Below are positions 24,653 to 32,000 of a stretch of 32,000 nucleotides of DNA, one piece after another. The position numbers and the translations under genes are program-made. Below the pieces are notes generated by a model, which was given only the letters and a program-made list of their open reading frames with translations, did not search any database and had not been told where the DNA came from. Origin of the DNA: Candidatus Saccharimonadota bacterium (GTDB lineage Archaea > Nanobdellota > Nanobdellia > Pacearchaeales > GW2011-AR1); the NCBI GenBank assembly GCA_041659445.1, contig JBAZYG010000002.1, forward strand, positions 1-32,000. Direction: 5' to 3'. Each line of letters opens with the position of its first letter. Positions within the stretch are counted from its first letter, which is position 1.

Positions 24653-25687
24653 TTATTCTTTATCTTTCAAACCTTCTGTTGTAACAAAATACACACATTC
24701 ATTATCTGGAAGATTTGGACTATCAATTAATTTTGCAACTCTCGAGCCTTGTTTTCCTCTTCTTAAATATAATCTATAAGTTGAAGCATGCCCGACGATA
24801 TTTCCACCAATAGCAGTTGTTGGGTCTCCAAACATTTGTGCTGGATTTGCCATAACTTGATTTGTAACATAAACCACAATGTTATAAGTTTCAGCTAGTT
24901 TCATCAAGTCGTGCATATAACGATTTAATTTTTGCTGTCTATCTGCTAATTGTCCTCTTCCTGCATATTCTGCTCTGAAATGTGCTGTTAAAGAATCTAT
25001 AATTAACAATTTAATTGGTTCTCCTGCTTTAATCATTTCTGAAATTTTTTCTAATAACAACATTTGATGATCAGAATTAAAAGCTCTTGCAACAAGAATA
25101 TTTTTCAAAACACTATCAGCATCTGCACCAATTCCCTCTGCAAATTGTTTTATTCTCGCAGGTCTAAAAGTTCCTTCTGTATCAATGAAAACGCATTTTC
25201 CTTCTGCACCACCTTGCTCTTTAGGTAATTGAACATTAACAGCCAGAGCCAAACCAAGCTGTGTTTTTCCTGAACCAAAAGCACCAAAAGCTTCTGTTAT
25301 AGCTCTAGACTCCACTCCTTTTCCTCCCAGAAGTTCATTCAAATTTTTGCTTCCTGTAGTAATATAATTTACATTCATTCTTTTCTTTGCAAATTCTAAT
25401 CCATCTGTAAAACCTAAATCCAACATACCTCTAGCAGCTTGAATAGCTTTTCTTGCAACAGCAGGGCTTACACCAGCAGCATCAGCAATTGAAGCAGGAC
25501 TAGCAACAGCCAAAGACATTAAATCTAAAATTCCTGCACTTTCAAGTTTAGCAGCAACAGCAGGTCCAATTCCAGGCAAGTCTGTTAATTCAAGTTCTTT
25601 GCTTGATTTTTCTTTTTTTCCTTTCTTAGACTTTTCAATTTCTTCTTCGTCTTCAAGTTCCTCTTCAACTTTATCTTTTTTTGTCAT
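24653..25687 (-). CDS. radA: DNA repair and recombination protein RadA
   Basis: 344 aa. Charged N-terminal tail and HhH domain (LTDLPGIGPAVAAKLESAG). Walker A GAFGSGKTQ, Walker B LLIIDS, then VYVTNQV and GGNIVGHAST. Confidence 0.95.
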   Translation of the reverse strand: MTKKDKVEEELEDEEEIEKSKKGKKEKSSKELELTDLPGIGPAVAAKLESAGILDLMSLAVASPASIADAAGVSPAVARKAIQAARGMLDLGFTDGLEFAKKRMNVNYITTGSKNLNELLGGKGVESRAITEAFGAFGSGKTQLGLALAVNVQLPKEQGGAEGKCVFIDTEGTFRPARIKQFAEGIGADADSVLKNILVARAFNSDHQMLLLEKISEMIKAGEPIKLLIIDSLTAHFRAEYAGRGQLADRQQKLNRYMHDLMKLAETYNIVVYVTNQVMANPAQMFGDPTTAIGGNIVGHASTYRLYLRRGKQGSRVAKLIDSPNLPDNECVYFVTTEGLKDKE

Positions 25688-25689
25688 TT

Positions 25690-26049
25690 TTATTTAATTA
25701 AACCTCCTTCTCTTGCAAGATTGTAAAGTTCAGTTAATTCTCCAGACATAGATTCTTTAGGGCAAAGATAAAAAGAATGTTTCTTTTTTGGATTTAAATA
25801 TTCTTTTTCCCAATCTGGTTCAGGATTATCCAAATATATCACATATTCATTTTCAACTAAGAAATTGCCTTCAAGTGAAAGAGTATAAATATTTTGATGT
25901 CGATTTTTGTATTCTTCACTATTTGGGTTAAGAAGTATGGGATTAAAAACAAACTCCAACCCTCTTCCAAGAACAGAAATAAATTCTCCAATGCATACAT
26001 TTCTAAGTTCAGAATAATTAGAAATAATTTTCAAGGACTTTTTTCTCAT
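25690..26049 (-). CDS. Hypothetical protein, first gene of the radA operon; paralog of 24261-24650
   Basis: 119 aa. TATA-like TTTATAAAG (26078-26070) lies 20 nt upstream of the ATG. The stop is 2 nt before the radA ATG. Confidence 0.6.
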   Translation of the reverse strand: MRKKSLKIISNYSELRNVCIGEFISVLGRGLEFVFNPILLNPNSEEYKNRHQNIYTLSLEGNFLVENEYVIYLDNPEPDWEKEYLNPKKKHSFYLCPKESMSGELTELYNLAREGGLIK

Positions 26050-26102
26050 ATTTTATTCAAAGAAAATCCCTTTATAAATTTTATAATTCTCTAGAATATA
26101 GA

Positions 26103-26558
26103 TTAAAACATATATATTTTATAAAAAATCAACAAAAAATCCATAATTAAAAACAAAATAAAAATCAAAAATTCTAATTTTCCTCCAGTTTTTATGAAAC
26201 CATGGAACTTTAATTTCAAAGGCCAAAAAACATAAATTCCAGTTTTAGTAAAACTATCAAAAATTAAATGACTTCCATAACCAATTAAAAATCCAAAAGC
26301 AATAAAAGGTTTCCAAAAATATAAAAAAATGCAAATCAAAATCAAAAAACTAAAACTATGAAAAACTCCCCTATGTGTAAAAAACAATTGAAAGATTCTA
26401 AAAATTTTCTTTTTTCCAATTTTTGAAAATTTTGTGTCAATATCTGGAATAAAACAAGAAATCAAAACAATAAAAAGGAAAATAATTTTATTCTCAAAAA
26501 ATTTCATAAATAAAAGTCCAAAAAACAAAGCAATTATAAAATGTGTTCTTAAATACAT
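26103..26558 (-). CDS. Membrane-bound metal-dependent hydrolase, YdjM/DUF457 family
   Basis: 151 aa polytopic membrane protein. Motifs: THFIIA at the N-terminus, IPDIDT, HRGVFHS, GYGSHLIFDSFTKTG. Confidence 0.75.
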   Translation of the reverse strand: MYLRTHFIIALFFGLLFMKFFENKIIFLFIVLISCFIPDIDTKFSKIGKKKIFRIFQLFFTHRGVFHSFSFLILICIFLYFWKPFIAFGFLIGYGSHLIFDSFTKTGIYVFWPLKLKFHGFIKTGGKLEFLIFILFLIMDFLLIFYKIYMF

Positions 26559-26589
26559 AAAAGATTAAAATACAAATAAGAATTTAAAG

Positions 26590-27366
26590 TTAGCTTTTAA
26601 AATTTTGCGAGTTCGCGACTTCGTCGCTCACAAAAACCACCCGACCATTGCCGCCAATAGAAATACGCAAGCCATCGTAGTTGGAATACACATCCTCACG
26701 AAGATTAGCATACACTCTAGACAAATCCTTTTTTTTTGTCCAAAGATTCTTCTCAACATTTCCTAATTCATTTTTGAATTGAATTTTCTTTTTTCCAAAA
26801 GCAAATCTTTCATCATTTTCAAGAATTGAATCTTCTCTGAGTTTTAATAAAAGTCCATAAAAATTATTTGAATTATTATCGCTAACTAAATCTATATTTT
26901 GCATAATTAAAGGATTTTTTGGAGAAAAACTTTTTCCTCTTGATTTAACTTGCTTAACTAAATCCTCTAAAATATGTTTGTTATTATTCCAAGAAAGTTC
27001 TTCACTTCTCAAACACAAATTTATTGTATCAGAATAATGATTGTCAAAGAAATTTTCATCATAACTATAAATCTTTCCTAAGTCATTTAAATCCATAACT
27101 CTTCCATTAATTCCTTGTTCTTTGAAAAAATTATTCAAATAATTATTCCAAAAAAATTGAGAACCTGTTAATTCTTTAAAATCAATTCCATTTGTTAAAG
27201 ATTTTATTGCTTTAGAATTTTCTTTAAAATCTTTTTCTATTTTTTCTTTTGCTTGATTGTAAACTTCTTTGGGATTAAAACCTAAAACACTTTCAGCTTC
27301 TGGAGCTATTACTATTGCTTTTGGATATTTTATTAATCTAGGTTTAAATTCAACATAATTTACCAT
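26590..27366 (-). CDS. Uncharacterised protein, paralog B of 4300-5064
   Basis: 258 aa. See 4300-5064. The last ~45 codons use GC-rich codons (GGC GGC, CGG, GCG, TCG, CGT) that are atypical for this window. Confidence 0.8.
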   Translation of the reverse strand: MVNYVEFKPRLIKYPKAIVIAPEAESVLGFNPKEVYNQAKEKIEKDFKENSKAIKSLTNGIDFKELTGSQFFWNNYLNNFFKEQGINGRVMDLNDLGKIYSYDENFFDNHYSDTINLCLRSEELSWNNNKHILEDLVKQVKSRGKSFSPKNPLIMQNIDLVSDNNSNNFYGLLLKLREDSILENDERFAFGKKKIQFKNELGNVEKNLWTKKKDLSRVYANLREDVYSNYDGLRISIGGNGRVVFVSDEVANSQNFKS

Positions 27367-27430
27367 AAAAATTAAATAAAAAAACTATTTATAAAACTTT
27401 CTAAAAGTTACCTTTTTAAAATTACTACGA

Positions 27431-28354
27431 TTAATTTTCTAATTCATCAATTAATTTATCCAAATTAATTTCTTCTATTTTTTCTATGATGAATTCAGAA
27501 TTATTGAAATAACTATTTTTTCTAACACTTCCAACAAAAATCATTTCTTTACCCAAAATATTTTCTTTCTCTTGGTTAAGAAGCAAAGGATTTTCAACAT
27601 TTTTAATACCTAATTCTTTAACTGTTTCATGAAACAAAACAGCTCTAATTGTATCTTGTCCGTCGTCCAAAACAATATTTAAAATCGCTCTTTTTTCAAC
27701 ATCATTTTTATTAACATTGTCTGTTTCCAATATTTTCTTTCCTGTTTTTTTATTAACCTCAAAGAATCTTGGATCAAAAACCTGAACAATAAATGCTCTT
27801 GTTTTAGCAAAATCACCAATTGAAAATTCAGAAAGAGGTTTCTCTTTAGATTCTCTTTCTAATTTTACATTCTTAATGACTTCTGAACTTAATTTTAATT
27901 CTGAAAAACTACCTAAATGAATTTCATTATCTCTCATGTTTCCACCAGAAATTTCAATATTTGAACCTGCAACAACTTCACCTTTTTCAATTAAAGAAAT
28001 ATGATTTGTGTCCCATAAAACAACTTTAATATTTGCTGTTTCATCGGCAATAAATAAATTTGCAACTTTTCCAGAATCTCCTTTCTTAGTTTTAAATTCC
28101 CTAACAGGAGAAATCGTGATTATTTTTCCTAGCAAGTTTATTTTTCTCATTCCAGGCAAAAGTTCATTAATTTTCAATTTTTCATCTTCAAAAGAAATCC
28201 CTAATTCTGCAGCAATTATTTGTAATGCTCCCTCTTTACTTATTAAACCAGAAAGTTTAGAACGTTTTGCTTCAACTCTTTTTTCTAATTCTCCTTTACC
28301 AATTCCTGAAGACCTTTCAATTCTCTCTAAAATCTTATCATAGTTTCCATTCAT
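27431..28354 (-). CDS. Replication protein A-like ssDNA-binding protein (two OB folds)
   Basis: 307 aa. The N-terminal helical module ends LSGLISKEGALQIIAAELGI. Two OB-like repeats follow (KINLLGKIITISPVREFKTKKGDSGKVANLFIADETANIKVVLWD; AFIVQVFDP...ILNIVLDDGQDTIRAVLF). Confidence 0.7.
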   Translation of the reverse strand: MNGNYDKILERIERSSGIGKGELEKRVEAKRSKLSGLISKEGALQIIAAELGISFEDEKLKINELLPGMRKINLLGKIITISPVREFKTKKGDSGKVANLFIADETANIKVVLWDTNHISLIEKGEVVAGSNIEISGGNMRDNEIHLGSFSELKLSSEVIKNVKLERESKEKPLSEFSIGDFAKTRAFIVQVFDPRFFEVNKKTGKKILETDNVNKNDVEKRAILNIVLDDGQDTIRAVLFHETVKELGIKNVENPLLLNQEKENILGKEMIFVGSVRKNSYFNNSEFIIEKIEEINLDKLIDELEN

Positions 28355-28475
28355 TTCCTAAAAAATAATTCAGTCTTTTTAAGAATTTTGTCACTCCAGA
28401 TATAGTATAAGCTTGTTTAGTAATCTTCTGTAAAAACTAACAAAAATTTATAAACCCTATTTCTTAAACTAAGAT

Positions 28476-28745
28476 ATGGGAATTGCAGGAGTAAAATATA
28501 AAATAATGCCTTCTTCACCAGAAATAAATTTAAAAGAACTTGAAGAAAAAATTAAAAAAGTAATTAAAAAAAATCAAGGAGAAAATGTTTCTTTTGTAGA
28601 AGAACCAATTGCTTTTGGTTTAAAAGCAATTATTGCAACTTTTCAATGTTCTGAAGAAAAAGATTTGAATCAAATGGAAAGCTCATTGGAAAAAATCGAA
28701 AATGTTAATTCAATACAAATGATAGATATCCGAAAAATTGGATAA
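28476..28745 (+). CDS. ef1b: Translation elongation factor aEF-1 beta
   Basis: 89 aa. KYKIMPSSPEINL...EEPIAFGLKAIIATF...IENVNSIQMIDIRKI matches the archaeal EF-1beta size and pattern. Confidence 0.9.
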   Translation: MGIAGVKYKIMPSSPEINLKELEEKIKKVIKKNQGENVSFVEEPIAFGLKAIIATFQCSEEKDLNQMESSLEKIENVNSIQMIDIRKIG

Positions 28746-28777
28746 ATTTTTATTATATTGAATTCATAAATAAAAAC

Positions 28778-29437
28778 ATGGAATTTTCATCAGAACAATT
28801 ACAACAAATAAAAGAACAATTAATCTCTCAAATAAATTCTTCATTTCCAGAAGACAAAAAACAAGAATACCTTTCTCAAATAGAAAATATGAATGAAGAA
28901 GAATTAATTTATTTTTTAGAGCAAAACAATTTAATAAAAACAGATTCAGAGGATTTAAATGATTCAAATAATTCACCTCAAAGAAATTGTGTTTTTTGTT
29001 CAATTGTCTTTGGAGATATTCCTTCGACTAAGATAAATGAAAACGAATCTGCAATTGCAATATTAGAATTAAATCCAATTTCAGAGGGTCACGCTTTAAT
29101 TGTTCCAAAAAAACATCTTAACAATGAAAATGAAATTGAAGATTCAACAAGAGACTTAGCAGAGATTGTTTCTGAACAATTAAAAAACATATTTAATCCA
29201 AAAAAAATAGAAATAATTCCTGGAGAAGTAATGGGACATATCATTCTGAATATTTTACCTATTTATGAAAAAGAAACAATAAATTCACCTAGAAAAAAGA
29301 AAAACCTAGAAGAATTAAAAGAGTTACAAGATAAAATTTTAAAACCACATTCAGAAAAAAAACCTATTGAAATTGAAAAACCAAAAAAAATAGAAATTTC
29401 AGATAAACAATTCAAACTTCCAAGAAGAATTCCTTAA
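28778..29437 (+). CDS. HIT-family protein with degenerate histidine triad and N-terminal extension
   Basis: 219 aa. HIT core is NCVFCSIVFGDIPSTKINENESAIAILELNPISEGHALIVPKKH. The triad position reads GHIILNILP instead of HxHxHxx. Confidence 0.7.
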   Translation: MEFSSEQLQQIKEQLISQINSSFPEDKKQEYLSQIENMNEEELIYFLEQNNLIKTDSEDLNDSNNSPQRNCVFCSIVFGDIPSTKINENESAIAILELNPISEGHALIVPKKHLNNENEIEDSTRDLAEIVSEQLKNIFNPKKIEIIPGEVMGHIILNILPIYEKETINSPRKKKNLEELKELQDKILKPHSEKKPIEIEKPKKIEISDKQFKLPRRIP

Positions 29438-30285
29438 AAAATCCAAAAATTCATTAAACCAGTTTTTATTAAAATTATCCAAAGCAAAAACGCTATTAAA
29501 AAAACAGGAGCAAAAGCAACTCCAAATCTAATTAAAATTTTTTTCTTGTGCAATTGAATTATTTTTATTTCTTCTTTAGTCAAACCACTCCAATTCGCTT
29601 TAATTAATTTTTTACCAATTTTAATATCAGAATGAAGCCAATCTCCTTCAGTTAAATTTCCAGAAAAAACTGATTTAACCATACAAGAATTATCAACTGC
29701 TTTAACATAAACTAACAAATAAGCAATTAATAAACAAAACAAAGCTAAAATAAAAAAAGGTTTTGAAAAAAATCCTAAAATTAAAAAGATAATTCCTAAA
29801 AGCGTCATCAAAATCAAAAATCTTTTATGAATTATAAATTCTTTTTTGAATGACTTTTTGAAATTAATAAAATTTTTTATACTTAAAACAAAAATAGAAA
29901 TTAATAAATAAATAAAACCTGCTGCAAAAAAGCATGCTAAGAATAAAAGCATTATTTTAAAGTTTGAAGAAATTAATGAATAAATAGGTAAAATTGTCCC
30001 TAGAGCAACAAATAACCTATAATCTCCTCCTGCAAAAAACCTTGAATAATATAAAGCATTTCCCAAAACAAAAAATATTGCTAAACCAATTAAACCATTA
30101 TAAAAAAAATTTATTTCACTAAAACTCTCTCCTGAAAATAATGTATAAAAAAATCTAAAACCTAAAATAAAAATAATCAAAGAATAATTAATCCAACTAT
30201 CAATTTCTCTTTTTTTAATATCTTGAATTAAAGCTAATAAAATCCAAATAAATCCAAAAACTAATAAAATTATTATTTCAAGCAT
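29434..30285 (-). CDS. Type IV prepilin/preflagellin peptidase (A24 aspartic peptidase family)
   Basis: 283 aa polytopic membrane protein. First Asp motif is IQDIKKREIDSW, second is FFAGGDYRLFVALG (GxGD-like). Sits beside pilin-like genes. Confidence 0.75.
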   Translation of the reverse strand: MLEIIILLVFGFIWILLALIQDIKKREIDSWINYSLIIFILGFRFFYTLFSGESFSEINFFYNGLIGLAIFFVLGNALYYSRFFAGGDYRLFVALGTILPIYSLISSNFKIMLLFLACFFAAGFIYLLISIFVLSIKNFINFKKSFKKEFIIHKRFLILMTLLGIIFLILGFFSKPFFILALFCLLIAYLLVYVKAVDNSCMVKSVFSGNLTEGDWLHSDIKIGKKLIKANWSGLTKEEIKIIQLHKKKILIRFGVAFAPVFLIAFLLWIILIKTGLMNFWIF

Positions 30286-30314
30286 AAACTTAAATTAGAG
30301 AAGATAATTTAAAA

Positions 30315-30440
30315 TTATTTCTTTTTTAAAGAAATATCTGAACTTCTCAAAGCCCCTCCTTTTTTATAGGGATGCTTTTTTTTCTCTTTCTGTTTATCTT
30401 TTCTTTTATTTCTTTTATCTCCAAAACAATAATCACTCAT
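30315..30440 (-). CDS. Possible very basic 41-aa protein (tentative)
   Basis: Hand translation gives MSDYCFGDKRNKRKDKQKEKKKHPYKKGGALRSSDISLKKK*. ATG lies 7 nt after the stop of the upstream pilin-like gene. Support is position only. Confidence 0.3.
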   Translation of the reverse strand: MSDYCFGDKRNKRKDKQKEKKKHPYKKGGALRSSDISLKKK

Positions 30441-30447
30441 TTTAGAA

Positions 30448-30897
30448 TTATTCAATTGAAACAATACATCTCTCAGAGTCTTGTAAACCAGTAACTAATG
30501 CACTAACATCATATCCTGCTTCTTGAGAATTAACAACCCCGATTTGATTATTTATTTTAACTTGACTACAAGATAAACCACAATCAATATCACAAGGATT
30601 TACACTATAAATTTCAAATTCACTTAATCCTGCTAAAACATAACAACTTGTTTTTACTTTATTTCCTTCTCCATCTTTTATATCTCTTTGAGTATTACAA
30701 AAGTCATATTTACTTTGAATAGAACAAGCAGAATCACAAGTATTCACAACATTATCAACGTTACTTGATTTAATAAAAGGTGCAACTTTATCCCAACCCA
30801 TTGTAAAACCAAGAATTAAAACAACTAAAACAATAAGTCCTAATATCAATAAAATTATTGTATTAGTACTCATACTTTGACCTCTTTTGTTATTCAT
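30448..30897 (-). CDS. Archaeal type IV pilin-like protein, Cys-rich
   Basis: 149 aa. Class III signal MNNKRG|QSMSTNTIILLILGLIVLVVLILGF (KRG-Q cleavage-type motif then a hydrophobic helix). The ectodomain has 8 Cys. Confidence 0.6.
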   Translation of the reverse strand: MNNKRGQSMSTNTIILLILGLIVLVVLILGFTMGWDKVAPFIKSSNVDNVVNTCDSACSIQSKYDFCNTQRDIKDGEGNKVKTSCYVLAGLSEFEIYSVNPCDIDCGLSCSQVKINNQIGVVNSQEAGYDVSALVTGLQDSERCIVSIE

Positions 30898-30934
30898 AAT
30901 TAAATCAAGTTAAATTTATTTATAAATCTTATTA

Positions 30935-31345
30935 TTAGTTAAATGAGTATTCTAAAACATACTGAACATTTTTCTCTTCAATTTTTTCTGAAAAAAAGTC
31001 TTTTAATTTATTAAAAAAAGATTCTGGTTTAATTTTAGATATTTTAATTGTTTTTAAATTTTCATTAAAAGAAATTTCAAAAGAATATCCTTCATTTTCC
31101 AGAACTGAAAAATCTATCTTGCTTAAAATTTGGTCATTACTTAAATTCAAATTTTCATAATGTTCCCATTGGTCAACATAAATATTCATTGCTCTAATAT
31201 CATCTACAACTAAAAAAGAATTATTAAATTTAAATTGCGAAACAAAAAAAGTGATTAATGCAAAAGTACAAAGTGCGAATATTCCTATAACTAAAATTGT
31301 AATTGGAACACTTGCTTTTTTTGAGATTATTTTTCTATTTTTCAT
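30935..31345 (-). CDS. Pilin-like N-terminally anchored protein
   Basis: 136 aa. MKNRKIISKKA|SVPITILVIGIFALCTFALITFFV. Its ATG overlaps the upstream stop (ATGA). Confidence 0.5.
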   Translation of the reverse strand: MKNRKIISKKASVPITILVIGIFALCTFALITFFVSQFKFNNSFLVVDDIRAMNIYVDQWEHYENLNLSNDQILSKIDFSVLENEGYSFEISFNENLKTIKISKIKPESFFNKLKDFFSEKIEEKNVQYVLEYSFN

Positions 31346-31671
31346 TTTAAATTATTTATAACTGCATCAATATCTGCAGGATTTTCTTTTTCATTCTCCC
31401 ATTTTTTTAAATTATTATAAATTTCATTTTTAATTGTGGGATTTCCAATTGAGGAATATACATAAATTGATTTCATTAAAATCAAATTCCCATGTGAAGA
31501 AATTTCATCAGAAAAAACACCTTGCTTAGCAGTTATGAGAGTTTTACCCTCTGATAAAAGAGATGTTGCAAAAACAAATAAAAATAAAACCACTAGAATT
31601 ACTACTGTTGCAATTATCCAACTAATAGTATCTCCTACTTGAGCAGTTTTATTTTTTTTATAATTTAACAT
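31342..31671 (-). CDS. Pilin-like N-terminally anchored protein
   Basis: 109 aa. MLNYKKNKTA|QVGDTISWIIATVVILVVLFLFVFA. Confidence 0.5.
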   Translation of the reverse strand: MLNYKKNKTAQVGDTISWIIATVVILVVLFLFVFATSLLSEGKTLITAKQGVFSDEISSHGNLILMKSIYVYSSIGNPTIKNEIYNNLKKWENEKENPADIDAVINNLK

Positions 31672-32000
31672 TTTGTTCAGTTTTTCTCACAATTGTCAAA
31701 ATTTTAATTAAGTAAACATTATCTGATACATCTGAAGAATAAAAATTATTTTCAACACACTTTACAATTTTTTCGTGATCTTTGTCTTCCAAATAACAAT
31801 CACTTTTCCAATTAGGATTGCCTTTTGAAATATTAAAAACAGGATTTAAAGAATTTTTTCTATTATAAATATCTACTTTAAAATATTCTTGAATTTCTCC
31901 ATCTTCATTATAATCCAAATAAATTGAGCATTTCTCTAAAAATTTATCTTCAAATTCTTTTGAAAAACTTCCATTAGAAATTAATTGGGAATTTAATTTT
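31658..32000 (-). CDS. Hypothetical protein, 5' end beyond the window
   Basis: The ORF-track start at 31918 is a TTG. The same frame stays open to position 32000 (hand-translated ...KLNSQLISNGSFSKEFEDKFLEKCSIYLDYNEDG...). The gene therefore continues upstream of the window. Confidence 0.55.
   Translation of the reverse strand, partial: KLNSQLISNGSFSKEFEDKFLEKCSIYLDYNEDGEIQEYFKVDIYNRKNSLNPVFNISKGNPNWKSDCYLEDKDHEKIVKCVENNFYSSDVSDNVYLIKILTIVRKTEQNVKL

Noticed and set aside
24653-25687. Higher GC of radA relative to its neighbours considered as evidence of horizontal acquisition
   Set aside because: The enrichment tracks Gly/Ala/Arg-rich conserved motifs of a highly conserved protein. Synonymous positions still favour A/T by eye, so amino-acid constraint is the simpler explanation.
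25894-26094. 66-aa ORF on the plus strand
   Set aside because: Antisense to the first radA-operon gene and its promoter.
28008-28343. 111-aa ORF on the plus strand
   Set aside because: Antisense shadow of the RPA-like gene.
28764-29003. 79-aa ORF on the minus strand
   Set aside because: Antisense to the 5' part of the HIT-family gene.
1-32000. Searched for CRISPR arrays, rRNA genes, transposases, integrases and obvious prophage or defence modules
   Set aside because: No regularly spaced direct repeats, no rRNA-like GC-rich conserved blocks, and no ORF with recognisable transposase, integrase, Cas, restriction or toxin-antitoxin motifs were seen. The only repeats are those listed in features and findings.

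Overview
Very AT-rich (roughly 25-30% GC by eye, not computed), extremely compact archaeal chromosomal segment. It carries RadA, aIF2-alpha, aEF-1beta, GINS, RPA, EndoQ, a RecJ/Cdc45-like DHH protein, Bud32, S15, a mini-Nop10, SRP54 and FtsY. It also has many short ORFans, membrane-anchored proteins and type IV pilin-like genes. I infer a small-genome DPANN-type archaeon. About 50 protein genes and one tRNA are supported. No rRNA, CRISPR array, transposase or integrase was seen. Two genes run off the window edges and are missing or truncated in the ORF track: a giant surface protein at 1-3572 (-) and a gene at 31658->32000 (-). Several ORF-track starts are TTG/GTG over-extensions. Leads, in order of interest: (1) radA is the second gene of a tightly coupled eight-gene operon (26049-23026) whose other seven small products are unassignable, and two of them are paralogs bracketing radA. 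(2) A tRNA-Gln(UUG) gene is preceded 91 nt upstream by a second copy of its own first 16 nt plus an inverted copy, and the better TATA box sits in front of the distal copy. (3) A 24-Cys secreted protein has a C-terminal region that follows the metazoan mucin-type WxxW domain pattern. (4) Two diverged but patchily near-identical paralogs lie 22 kb apart, each beside a replication gene and each with a GC-shifted 3' end. (5) Several regulatory-looking repeats occur, including 21-bp tandem units around the giant gene's TATA box, a duplicated 40-bp promoter, a shared bidirectional TATA and a C-tract/G4 motif. All functional calls rest on motif recognition by eye. No searches were run.
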